A DNA stretch of 64,000 nucleotides from Eledone cirrhosa (GCA_964016885.1 OZ024757.1:2294001-2358000); one strand, 5' to 3'; positions 1 to 17,900 are shown, counted from the stretch's first letter. Translations and numbers: made by a program. The notes: generated by a model from the letters alone, not told the origin.

Positions 1-282
1 CGAAACGAAATTAAATTTCGTTTCGTTTGTAACTCACTTTTGTATGACTGACGCTTAAACAATTAAGTTAAAGATGTACATCCATATATGTATACTGAAA
101 TACTAGTATGTATATGAATACACACACGTATACATATGTAGATGTACCAAGTTTTTTCACTGGTCACTTTACTGTGAGTGGCCAGCTATTCTGTATGTAA
201 ACACACAGACAAACCGGTTTTTAGAGTCATACTGGTTTTTGAGGAAACACCTTTCCTCTATTCTCCAGAAAGCCAGACAAGG

Positions 283-327
283 AATATTGGACTAGTTTCG
301 TTGTTGTTACAACTCATCAGCAATATT
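283..327 (-). ncRNA. Minimal type I hammerhead ribozyme (representative; 12 copies in the left arm)
   Basis: The minus strand reads AATATTG-CTGATGA-GTTGT-AACA-ACAAC-GAAA-CTAG-TC-CAATATT: 7-bp helix I, canonical core, 5-bp helix II, palindromic CUAG helix III and a GUC cleavage triplet. Confidence 0.9.
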
Positions 328-386
328 TACCTATCTTCCGGCCTCTCTAGAGAAACGTAAAAGCACATATCGTTATATGCTTTTTC

Positions 387-421
387 TATGAAAATTAGTA
401 GTGGGCAGACTAATTTGCATA
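387..421. promoter_or_regulatory. Octamer dyad (ATGAAAAT...ATTTGCAT) upstream of the HHR in each 467-bp unit
   Basis: tatgaaaatta-gtagtgggcaga-ctaatttgcata, with a perfect octamer ATTTGCAT at 413-420. It is conserved in the diverged copy at 10539-10574. Function is inferred only. Confidence 0.45.
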
Positions 422-3400
422 GAGTGTGAGTAAGTACCGGTTCAACGGAGACGATAAAAACAAATAACGAAACGAAATTAAATTTCGTTTCGTTTGTAAC
501 TCACTTTTGTATGACTGACGCTTAAACAATTAAGTTAAAGATGTACATCCATATATGTATACTGAAATACTAGTATGTATATGAATACACACACGTATAC
601 ATATGTAGATGTACCAAGTTTTTTCACTGGTCACTTTACTGTGAGTGGCCAGCTATTCTGTATGTAAACACACAGACAAACCGGTTTTTAGAGTCATACT
701 GGTTTTTGAGGAAACACCTTTCCTCTATTCTCCAGAAAGCCAGACAAGGAATATTGGACTAGTTTCGTTGTTGTTACAACTCATCAGCAATATTTACCTA
801 TCTTCCGCCTCTCTAGAGAATCGTAAAAGCACATATCGTTATATGCTTTTTCTATGAAAATTAGTAGTGGGCAGACTAATTTGCATAGAGTGTGAGTAAG
901 TACCGGTTCAACGGAGACGATAAAAACAAATAACGAAACGAAATTAAATTTCGTTTCGTTTGTAACTCACTTTTGTATGACTGACGCTTAAACAATTAAG
1001 TTAAAGATGTACATCCATATATGTATACTGAAATACTAGTATGTATATGAATACACACACGTATACATATGTAGATGTACCAAGTTTTTTCACTGGTCAC
1101 TTTACTGTGAGTGGCCAGCTATTCTGTATGTAAACACACAGACAAACCGGTTTTTAGAGTCATACTGGTTTTTGAGGAAACACCTTTCCTCTATTCTCCA
1201 GAAAGCCAGACAAGGAATATTGGACTAGTTTCGTTGTTGTTACAACTCATCAGCAATATTTACCTATCTTCCGGCCTCTCTAGAGAATCGTAAAAGCACA
1301 TATCGTTATATGCTTTTTCTATGAAAATTAGTAGTGGGCAGACTAATTTGCATAGAGTGTGAGTAAGTACCGGTTCAACGGAGACGATAAAAACAAATAA
1401 CGAAACGAAATTAAATTTCGTTTCGTTTGTAACTCACTTTTGTATGACTGACGCTTAAACAATTAAGTTAAAGATGTACATCCATATATGTATACTGAAA
1501 TACTAGTATGTATATGAATACACACACGTATACATATGTAGATGTACCAAGTTTTTTCACTGGTCACTTTACTGTGAGTGGCCAGCTATTCTGTATGTAA
1601 ACACACAGACAAACCGGTTTTTAGAGTCATACTGGTTTTTGAGGAAACACCTTTCCTCTATTCTCCAGAAAGCCAGACAAGGAATATTGGACTAGTTTCG
1701 TTGTTGTTACAACTCATCAGCAATATTTACCTATCTTCCGGCCTCTCTAGAGAAACGTAAAAGCACATATCGTTATATGCTTTTTCTATGAAAATTAGTA
1801 GTGGGCAGACTAATTTGCATAGAGTGTGAGTAAGTACCGGTTCAACGGAGACGATAAAAACAAATAACGAAACGAAATTAAATTTCGTTTCGTTTGTAAC
1901 TCACTTTTGTATGACTGACGCTTAAACAATTAAGTTAAAGATGTACATCCATATATGTATACTGAAATACTAGTATGTATATGAATACACACACGTATAC
2001 ATATGTAGATGTACCAAGTTTTTTCACTGGTCACTTTACTGTGAGTGGCCAGCTATTCTGTATGTAAACACACAGACAAACCGGTTTTTAGAGTCATACT
2101 GGTTTTTGAGGAAACACCTTTCCTCTATTCTCCAGAAAGCCAGACAAGGAATATTGGACTAGTTTCGTTGTTGTTACAACTCATCAGCAATATTTACCTA
2201 TCTTCCGGCCTCTCTAGAGAATCGTAAAAGCACATATCGTTATATGCTTTTTCTATGAAAATTAGTAGTGGGCAGACTAATTTGCATAGAGTGTGAGTAA
2301 GTACCGGTTCAACGGAGACGATAAAAACAAATAACGAAACGAAATTAAATTTCGTTTCGTTTGTAACTCACTTTTGTATGACTGACGCTTAAACAATTAA
2401 GTTAAAGATGTACATCCATATATGTATACTGAAATACTAGTATGTATATGAATACACACACGTATACATATGTAGATGTACCAAGTTTTTTCACTGGTCA
2501 CTTTACTGTGAGTGGCCAGCTATTCTGTATGTAAACACACAGACAAACCGGTTTTTAGAGTCATACTGGTTTTTGAGGAAACACCTTTCCTCTATTCTCC
2601 AGAAAGCCAGACAAGGAATATTGGACTAGTTTCGTTGTTGTTACAACTCATCAGCAATATTTACCTATCTTCCGGCCTCTCTAGAGAATCGTAAAAGCAC
2701 ATATCGTTATATGCTTTTTCTATGAAAATTAGTAGTGGGCAGACTAATTTGCATAGAGTGTGAGTAAGTACCGGTTCAACGGAGACGATAAAAACAAATA
2801 ACGAAACGAAATTAAATTTCGTTTCGTTTGTAACTCACTTTTGTATGACTGACGCTTAAACAATTAAGTTAAAGATGTACATCCATATATGTATACTGAA
2901 ATACTAGTATGTATATGAATACACACACGTATACATATGTAGATGTACCAAGTTTTTTCACTGGTCACTTTACTGTGAGTGGCCAGCTATTCTGTATGTA
3001 AACACACAGACAAATCGGTTTTTAGAGTCATACTGGTTTTTGAGGAAACACCTTTCCTCTATTCTCTAGAAAGCCAGACAAGGAATATTGGACTAGTTTC
3101 GTTGTTGTTACAACTCATCAGCAATATTTACCTATCTTCCGGCCTCTCTAGAGAATCGTAAAAGCACATATCGTTATATGCTTTTTCTATGAAAATTAGT
3201 AGTGGGCAGACTAATTTGCATAGAGTGTGAGTAAGTACCGGTTCAACGGAGACGATAAAAACAAATAACGAAACGAAATTAAATTTCGTTTCGTTTGTAA
3301 CTCACTTTTGTATGACTGACGCTTAAACAATTAAGTTAAAGATGTACATCCATATATGTATACTGAAATACTAGTATGTATATGAATACACACACGTATA

Positions 3401-5511
3401 CATATGTAGATGTACCAAGTTTTTTCACTGGTCACTTTACTGTGAGTGGCCAGCTATTCTGTATGTAAACACACAGACAAACCGGTTTTTAGAGTCATAC
3501 TGGTTTTTGAGGAAACACCTTTCCTCTATTCTCCAGAAAGCCAGACAAGGAATATTGGACTAGTTTCGTTGTTGTTACAACTCATCAGCAATATTTACCT
3601 ATCTTCCGGCCTCTCTAGAGAATCGTAAAAGCACATATCGTTATATGCTTTTTCTATGAAAATTAGTAGTGGGCAGACTAATTTGCATAGAGTGTGAGTA
3701 AGTAGCGGTTCAACGGAGACGATAAAAACAAATAACGAAACGAAATTAAATTTCGTTTCGTTTGTAACTCACTTTTGTATGACTGACGCTTAAACAATTA
3801 AGTTAAAGATGTACATCCATATATGTATACTGAAATACTAGTATGTATATGAATACACACACGTATACATATGTAGATGTACCAAGTTTTTTCACTGGTC
3901 ACTTTACTGTGAGTGGCCAGCTATTCTGTATGTAAACACACAGACAAACCGGTTTTTAGAGTCATACTGGTTTTTGAGGAAACACCTTTCCTCTATTCTC
4001 CAGAAAGCCAGACAAGGAATATTGGACTAGTTTCGTTGTTGTTACAACTCATCAGCAATATTTACCTATCTTCCGGCCTCTCTAGAGAATCGTAAAAGCA
4101 CATATCGTTATATGCTTTTTCTATGAAAATTAGTAGTGGGCAGACTAATTTGCATAGAGTGTGAGTAAGTACCGGTTCAACGGAGACGATAAAAACAAAT
4201 AACGAAACGAAATTAAATTTCGTTTCGTTTGTAACTCACTTTTGTATGACTGACGCTTAAACAATTAAGTTAAAGATGTACATCCATATATGTATACTGA
4301 AATACTAGTATGTATATGAATACACACACGTATACATATGTAGATGTACCAAGTTTTTTCACTGGTCACTTTACTGTGAGTGGCCAGCTATTCTGTATGT
4401 AAACACACAGACAAATCGGTTTTTAGAGTCATACTGGTTTTTGAGGAAACACCTTTCCTCTATTCTCTAGAAAGCCAGACAAGGAATATTGGACTAGTTT
4501 CGTTGTTGTTACAACTCATCAGCAATATTTACCTATCTTCCGGCCTCTCTAGAGAATCGTAAAAGCACATATCGTTATATGCTTTTTCTATGAAAATTAG
4601 TAGTGGGCAGACTAATTTGCATAGAGTGTGAGTAAGTACCGGTTCAACGGAGACGATAAAAACAAATAACGAAACGAAATTAAATTTCGTTTCGTTTGTA
4701 ACTCACTTTTGTATGACTGACGCTTAAACAATTAAGTTAAAGATGTACATCCATATATGTATACTGAAATACTAGTATGTATATGAATACACACACGTAT
4801 ACATATGTAGATGTACCAAGTTTTTTCACTGGTCACTTTACTGTGAGTGGCCAGCTATTCTGTATGTAAACACACAGACAAACCGGTTTTTAGAGTCATA
4901 CTGGTTTTTGAGGAAACACCTTTCCTCTATTCTCCAGAAAGCCAGACAAGGAATATTGGACTAGTTTCGTTGTTGTTACAACTCATCAGCAATATTTACC
5001 TATCTTCCGGCCTCTCTAGAGAATCGTAAAAGCACATATCGTTATATGCTTTTTCTATGAAAATTAGTAGTGGGCAGACTAATTTGCATAGAGTGTGAGT
5101 AAGTAGCGGTTCAACGGAGACGATAAAAACAAATAACGAAACGAAATTAAATTTCGTTTCGTTTGTAACTCACTTTTGTATGACTGACGCTTAAACAATT
5201 AAGTTAAAGATGTACATCCATATATGTATACTGAAATACTAGTATGTATATGAATACACACACGTATACATATGTAGATGTACCAAGTTTTTTCACTGGT
5301 CACTTTACTGTGAGTGGCCAGCTATTCTGTATGTAAACACACAGACAAACCGGTTTTTAGAGTCATACTGGTTTTTGAGGAAACACCTTTCCTCTATTCT
5401 CCAGAAAGCCAGACAAGGAATATTGGACTAGTTTTGTTGTTGTTACAACTCATCAGCAATATTTACCTATCTTCCGGCCTCTCTAGAGAATCGTAAAAGC
5501 ACATATCGTTA

Positions 5512-9233
<3,722 letters not shown>

Positions 9234-9450
9234 ACAGCGATTATGAATAAACGAAGTGAATTAACTCGTCGACTTGTACATCAAGATTATATATATATAT
9301 ATATATATATGTATATGTGTGTGTGTGTGTGTTGGTGTGTCGGTGTGTTGGTGGGTGGGTGGAAAATGTGACTTTTATAGTATGCTTAACAGATGTACTT
9401 ACTACTGTATATGGTCAACTATTATTAGCATTGAGCTATATATATATGCC

Positions 9451-9560
9451 AGATAGACCAGAACGCACCAGAGTACTCGATACTAGGGGCAGTAGAATAG
9501 GTAATATTAGTTCGGATCTTGTTGTCGAAACGGCCGGGGCTCAGCCGTCGGGGTTCTGAA
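9451..9560 (+). mobile_element. Diverged family A copy
   Basis: gaccagaacgcaccagagtactcgatact...gtcgaaacggccggggctcagccgtcgggg matches the other copies. Confidence 0.6.
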
Positions 9561-9569
9561 TCTCTTCAC

Positions 9570-9652
<83 letters not shown>

Positions 9653-9783
9653 GTGAGGTTTTTTTTACAAAATGAAAAATAACCGAGGTGTCCTACACGA
9701 GTGAAAGTATAAAGAAAAAGAGATGAAATCGAAAATGCAACTGGAGTCTTATTTTAAAAAAAAATATATATATTTATTTGGTT

Positions 9784-9821
9784 CCTTTACCGGTTTCGCA
9801 GTTCTTCTGCTTTTCAAAAGG
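9784..9821 (-). ncRNA. Mirror copy of the U3-A8 hammerhead
   Basis: Exact reverse complement of 9900-9937. Confidence 0.65.
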
Positions 9822-9899
9822 TGAGTTGAGATGGAGGGTCTGTGGTTTTTCTCACATCAAGATTATATATATAAACCACAGACCCTCCATCTCAACTCA

Positions 9900-9937
9900 C
9901 CTTTTGAAAAGCAGAAGAACTGCGAAACCGGTAAAGG
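9900..9937 (+). ncRNA. Minimal hammerhead ribozyme, U3-A8 variant
   Basis: CCTT-TTGAAAA-GCAG-AAGAA-CTGC-GAAA-CCGG-TA-AAGG, followed by AATAAA. Confidence 0.65.
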
Positions 9938-10044
9938 AACCAAATAAATATATATATTTTTTTAAAAAATAAGACTCCAGTTGCATTTTCGATTTCATCT
10001 CTTTTTCTTTATATATATATATATATATTATATATATATATGTA

Positions 10045-10103
<59 letters not shown>

Positions 10104-10218
10104 TTGTAATAAAATGAAAACGAAATTTCATTTCTCACTCTTAGTACGGCACTTACTTAAATGTAAGTATGTATGTATACGTACATACATATATGTATAC
10201 AGACGTACAGTAGCATGC

Positions 10219-10315
<97 letters not shown>

Positions 10316-10448
10316 CAGGTACACATACATATATGTACGTATCAGTTTAGCGGACGCTTATTATAAACAAACAAACTGAACAGCCTGAATTTATGTCGTA
10401 CGGTGTTAAGGCAACCATGTCACCTTTTTGTTCAACACTGACACAGGA

Positions 10449-10491
10449 ACGATGTACTAGTTTCAAGCTTGTTAGCTATCATCAGCACCGT
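10449..10491 (-). ncRNA. Minimal hammerhead ribozyme in a diverged relative of the 467-bp unit
   Basis: The minus strand reads ACGGTG-CTGATGA-T-AGCT-AACA-AGCT-T-GAAA-CTAG-TA-CATCGT. It has the same AACA loop II and CUAG helix III as the array HHR. Confidence 0.75.
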
Positions 10492-10576
10492 ATACCCTTC
10501 TGCCAGATGGTTGAACGTTCGAAAGTATATACTTTCCTTATGAAAATTAACGGCTGAGCAGCCTAATTTGCATATC

Positions 10577-11516
<940 letters not shown>

Positions 11517-12069
11517 ATTAATGCGTCGAAACATCAGGGACCCACAGCAGACAACCGAAGAGGGGAATTGTCTTATGTTCGTATTTCTCTTACATTTCTA
11601 AACAATATTTTAGTAAGCACACAGTACCCTCTGTCCCTTTTAATATGTATGTACCCACTTAAAAAACCTTCAAAACACAGGCATTGCTTGTTCAGGTTAT
11701 GTTACAGGTTCGTGTGGCTGGCCGTAGCCTAAAAGTGCACCATTTTCTGTAATCTGACAAGTGATTACAATACGTTTAGTAGACTTTGCAGCCATCAATA
11801 TACTGATATTATACTCCACAAAAACTTGTCGAGTGCTTCGAATCAGTTATAAACATATATATTTGTTGAATTACCAACACATTATATATCCCTTTTGCTT
11901 ATAAATAGCTCCTTCAATGTTAAGCACTTTAAACTATAACTGACTGCAAAAGTTAATAATGGAATTCTTTAGGATCTGATGAGGGCGTACCAAAGTTTTG
12001 GTACCCTTGAAATATATATAATAGAATAAATGTAGTCTTATAAATATAGTTTCCATTTATTAATATCAT

Positions 12070-12119
<50 letters not shown>

Positions 12120-12164
12120 TGATATATATATATATATATATCATGATATATATATATATATCAT

Positions 12165-12492
<328 letters not shown>

Positions 12493-12795
12493 TTAAATGG
12501 CTCCTACTGGACTAGAACTGTTTTATTCGTATGTATAATATATACACGTATATACATATATATACAACATACATATACACATATATACACATACAGATAC
12601 ACACAGATATATACATAGATATATACACATACAGATATATACACATATATACACACATATATACACATATATATATAGATATACACACGGGTATAAAGGT
12701 GTGTTTGGTGTTCAGAGATATATAGTACTGTGTATATTTATGGATATTTGTAGCTATGTTAATCATGTCATGCTAGGCCCAGCGTGACCAGCAGA

Positions 12796-12975
12796 TGGTG
12801 GGATGGGGTAGGGCCTATGGTGGGGATGTGGTGGGGTAGGGCCTATGGTGGGGAGGTGGTGGGGTAGGGCCTTTGGTGGGGCGGCATAGGGTTTGGTGGT
12901 GTTCGGAGGTGGGGTAGGTCCTATGGTGGGGCTCAGGGGTTGGAGTAGGGCCTATGGCAGGGCCCGGGGGTGGGG
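12796..12975 (+). repeat. G-rich minisatellite (gtggggtagggcctatg-like), G-quadruplex-prone
   Basis: ggggtagggcctatggtgggg units recur. Confidence 0.75.
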
Positions 12976-13065
12976 TCTGTTGTTGGGAGAATGGATACCT
13001 GAATTACTCTATCATAACAACACACTTATTATTTTACCTTGTGATAACAGAAGCATTATCTCATA

Positions 13066-13723
13066 TGTATTTATATACATACATCTATATACATACATCT
13101 ATATACATACATATATACATACATCTATATACATACATCTATATACATCTATATACATACATATATACATACATCTATATACATCTACATACATACATAT
13201 ATACATCTATATACATACATCTATATACATCTACATACATACATATATATATACATCTATATACATACATATTATACATCTATATACATCTATATATATC
13301 TATATACATCTGTATACATCTATATATATCTATATACATCTATATACATCTATATACATCTATATACATCTATATACATCTACATACATCTACATACATC
13401 TACATATATATATATATACATCTATATACATCTACATACATCTACACACACACACACATATATCTATATATATATATATATACACGCACACATTTGTACA
13501 TACACACAGAAAGACAGGGAGACATATACACACGCATGCAGACATTGTTATTTCTCGACCAACCAAACGTTGATTGACACACGGATAGGTAATAATTAGA
13601 GAGAGTGAGAGTGTGAGGGAGAGTGGGGCCGGGAGACAGAGTGTGAGGGAGAGAGAGAGAGAGAGTGGCGCAGAAAGAGTGGGGGAGAGAGAGTGAGAGA
13701 TGTGATATGGAGATATGGAGATA

Positions 13724-13775
<52 letters not shown>

Positions 13776-13860
13776 CGAGAGACAGACAGAGAGGGATGAG
13801 ATAGATAAATAGATAGATAGAGAGGGAGTGAGAGAGAAGGAGATAGATAGAGAGAGGAGA
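13066..13860. repeat. Compound microsatellites (TATACATC)n, (CA)n, (GA)n, (TA)n
   Basis: Direct inspection. Confidence 0.9.
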
Positions 13861-14146
13861 TCGTCTGCATGAGTGAGTGTATCGTCTGTATATCTAACAG
13901 TGTATTAAGACCTGCTCCACCCCACCGCTCCGCCAGTCCCTATTTCAGTTCACACTTGAACTTGAAGAAAAAACACTGAAATTGTTGCAATGTTTATCTT
14001 CCCAGCAGCGGAATCTCGCTTCATCCTCCAGAATCTTCGCCATTTTACAATAATATCAACATCTCACTTTAACATGGCACTGACATAACCCGCCATATTG
14101 TCAGATTGTCGGAGTGGAACACATATTTATTATTGAAATATATTTG

Positions 14147-14770
14147 TATATGTGTGTGTGTGTATGGTTGATGTGTGTGTGTGGTGTGTACTGTGCGTGT
14201 GTGTGTATATATATATGTGCGTGGTTGTGGTGTATGTGTGCTGTGTGCTGTGTGTGTGATGTGTGCTGTGTGTGTGTGTGTATATATATATATATGTGTG
14301 TGGTTGTGGTGTGTGTGTGTATGTGTGTGTGTGTATTGTTGTGGCGTGCGTGGTGTGTGTGTGGTGTGTGCTGTGTGTGTGTGTGTATATATATATGTGC
14401 GTGGTTGTGGTGTGTTGTGTGCTGTGTGCTGTGTGTGTGCTGTGTGCTGTGTGCTGTGTGTGTGTATATATATATATATATGTGTGTGTGGTTGTATGTG
14501 TGTGTGTGCGCGCTTATATATATATGTGTATGTGTATGTTTGTGGTTGTGTCTGTTCATATATGGATGTGGTTGTGGTGTGTATGTGTGGTTGTGTATAT
14601 ATATGTGTGTATGTGTGTGTGGTTGTGTATATATATGTGTGTATGTGTGTGTGGTTGTGTATGTATATGTGTATATGTGTGTTTGTATCTATATGTATGT
14701 ATGCATATATGTGTATGTGAATGTCTGTGTATGTATATGTGTATGTGTATATGTATGTATGTATGTGTGT
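14147..14770. repeat. Degenerate (TG)n/(TA)n compound microsatellite
   Basis: Direct inspection. Confidence 0.9.
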
Positions 14771-14990
14771 TCTGGTTTTATAATTTCATAAAGTTTTACC
14801 AATAGAGAGAGAGTCAGTTTCTAACATAGACACAAAACTCTCTCATTGGAATTTACACAACATCAACTAGGTAGATATGTATGTATGCATGTGTAGATAT
14901 GGATGTTATTGTATGTGTGGATGTGTATGTTTTGAGTTGTATGTGTGCATGTGAATATGCTTTGTATCTGTACATGTGTATATGCAGTTA

Positions 14991-17900
14991 TTAGATGCTA
15001 AATTTTTGGAATGTTTTCCATATTTTTACTGTTCCATTAATGGATTGTACTTGTAATTTCCTAACTAGTTGTGTTCTTTCTGTTCCTGTGAAGCCTAGTT
15101 TCTCAAGATTTGTATTGAGGCAGTTACTAACATACCCCAGTGCCCCAATAATCGCAGGCATAAATCTGAAGGTGTAATCAGGGTGGAGTATCAGCAGATT
15201 TCTCATCAGTTCTGCATAAATATTCTCCTTTTCACTAATCTTTGATATTATATTGGCATCTGCTGGGTAGCTAATTTCCACTACTGTGCATACTTTTTTC
15301 TCCTTGTCCCATATCATAATATCTGCTCTGTTATGCCTGCATTTTATTGGGGTTTTTACTGGAACATTCCACAAGTACTCTTTCATATTATGTATATGGA
15401 TGTCTTCCACATTGGTGTAGCTTTTAATGTGTTTATTATCGGGGCTACTTTTTTTCGGATTGCATTGTACAGTGTTTTGGCCACTACATCATGCCTCATA
15501 GGTAGATAGTATCGTGATGACATCTTTGGACAGCTGCTGATGACATGGGTGACATCTTAGATGTTAATTCTGCAGAGTCTGCACTTGTTATCACATCTAG
15601 GTGTTTTGCCTGCATCCCTATCTCTTTTGTGAATCAGGTATTTCGTGTTAATCTCCTGTTCTTGGTTTGCAAAAGCGTATCCTTCAAAGTGGGAGCCAAT
15701 ATAGCGGTTATTTGTCCAATATAGACTACTTTCCTTATCTATATTACTCTCACTCTGGAGCATCCTGGCAACATATCCATGTATGTTTTTTTTGCTGATA
15801 AGCATGCAGTTTTTCATCCATGGATTCACTGCGATACTGCTGAGCGACTTCCCAGGGTGTGAGTTTTTGATTATCACACAGGGAATATCTCTCGAGGAGT
15901 TCCTTCCCAACTCTCATGATCTTATCTGTTTCATGCAGATAGATTGCTCGAGAGACGGGCTCCTACGCTTCGAGGTTCGTAGATGTTGTCGGAGAGATAT
16001 GATGCGACATTCACGTGTTGTCTGGACTAATGTTAGGCCTCTGCCTCCCTGATTACGTTTCAAGTAAAGGCGGTCTATGTCACTGTTGATGTGGAAGTTT
16101 CCGGTGTTGTTTAGTATTTTTCGAGTTCTAACATCAACTGCTCGGATTTCGTTTATCGTCCAATTGAGTATTCCAAACGTTGATGTTAGGACAGGCACAG
16201 CAAACACATTGTGAGCCACTGTTTTGTTTTGCGCAGAGTGTTCCGATGACCAAATCTTTCTTAATCGGGTGTAGTATTCCCTGGTTACGCGTTCCTTATT
16301 ACAGATACCATTATAGGATATGTTCTCATCTATCCCCAGGTAACTGTAGCAGTCCTCATCAGATATCGGTGAAACAGTTAGGCCATTGATGACAATGTTG
16401 CTAGATTAGGTTGTTGTTTTATCTCGCTTTACAGTCATATATGAGCATTTATCTTGGCCAAACTCCATTCCTATATCCTTTGAGAACGTTGTAACCAGGT
16501 TAAGATTTTTCTTCATCCCATCCATGTTCTTAGTATAGAGTTTCAGATCATCCACAAAGAAATTATGGGTTTATGTTCGTATTTCTGTCCTCCTTTGAGC
16601 CAATAATGTATCCTTCACATTTCTTGAGCAGAAAGGACAAGGGTTTAATGACAGGATGAATAATATCACAGAGAGACTGTCTCCCTGAAATATACCCCTG
16701 CGATATTTTATTTTATCAGTGAAAATAGAGTCCTCCTTCTCTGTATTTAACTTTAGGATAGTAGCCCAAGAAGAAGACAGCTTCTCTATGGCTCTGATAA
16801 TAATGTCTGGGACTTTAGCAAGTTGGAGGGCCTCTATCATCCAAGAGTGGGGAACAGAATCGAAAGCTTTCCTGTAGTTCAGCCAGACTGTAGCCATATT
16901 CCTCCTAAGCTGTCGCACCTCCGACATCGCAGTTTTGTTGATTAGGAGTTGGTCAGCACATCCCCAAACCACTTTCTTTCCAGCTGCTTGTTCATCTGTG
17001 ATGATGTTATTATTTTCACAGTGATCTTGGAGGAATAATTTCAGGCAGGCTGTATATATCTTATACATCAGGTTCTGGCATGCAATGGGTCGGTAGTTTT
17101 TTGCCAAGTGGGTGTCTGTCTTCTTGGGGACCAATAATGTTTGTGCTAATGTCAACCATTCTGGTATAAGTGTATCTCCCTTAAGAACTTGTTGGTAGAG
17201 GTCAGTAAGATACCCCCGATAGAATATCAGTGGAGTTTTCCTATCACAGTCTCAAGGGTACCCTCACTTATTTCGTATGTTTTTGTTGTAGTGTAGGAGC
17301 AATAGTTCTTTCGGATTTCTCTTAGCCACACTGCATCTTGGTTGAAATTCTTCTTTTCACCCCATATTTTTCTCCAAAAGGAATCTATGTCTTTGTGGGA
17401 TGGGGCCTCAGTGACACTTATTATTTTGCCCTTCATATCTCTATAGACTGATGGTTGGTTTCTTCTGAATCTTTTATTAAGCACTTTTCTCTCATCTACC
17501 TTCTTTAGGTATCAGCGTTTTTCGCTAACAGCTCTCAATTGTTGTTTGAGGGTGATCAGCTTATATTGGAGAGTTCTGGTTTTACTGTTACCAAACATCG
17601 TCTCTATTTTATTTTTCACTCTTTGTTGGTGAGGAGTGAGGTGTTTTTGTGTTTGTTTGAATGTAAGGAGCATTGTCACATATCCTATGTTTTTTCGTAG
17701 GCCAGCAATCTTTATAATAATTCGAGGTAGACTTAAATGGTACACGTGGTGTCAAGTTTCTTACAGGCATAGTTGTTTCAAGGCGCTGTTCGACCTAGCT
17801 GCTAGGAAGTCTAGTAGCACGGCGACCTGTAGCACGTGTTGTTGATAACATGTTTGTTGTGGGGGACTTACAATTAATAATATTTATCTTATTTTTACGT

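Larger units (their letters stand above)
1..5511 (-). repeat. 467-bp tandem array, left arm (~11.8 units); HHR-bearing, retrozyme-like satellite with the ribozyme sense on the minus strand
   Basis: The identical 60-aa ORF recurs at 178, 645, 1111, 1578 ... 5314, a 467-bp period with a 1-bp deletion in unit 2. Units differ by only a few SNPs. The array runs off the window start. Confidence 0.97.
9708..10013. repeat. ~141-bp near-perfect inverted repeat (24-bp spacer); pLTR-like fold-back carrying two divergent HHRs
   Basis: Arms 9708-9848 and 9873-10013 are reverse complements. The right end runs into (TA)n. Confidence 0.92.

Noticed and set aside
466-494. 14-bp-arm palindrome aacgaaacgaaatt-a-aatttcgtttcgtt as a terminator or recombination site
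   Set aside because: The dyad is real in each unit, but nothing supports a specific function. It is treated as part of the structured monomer.
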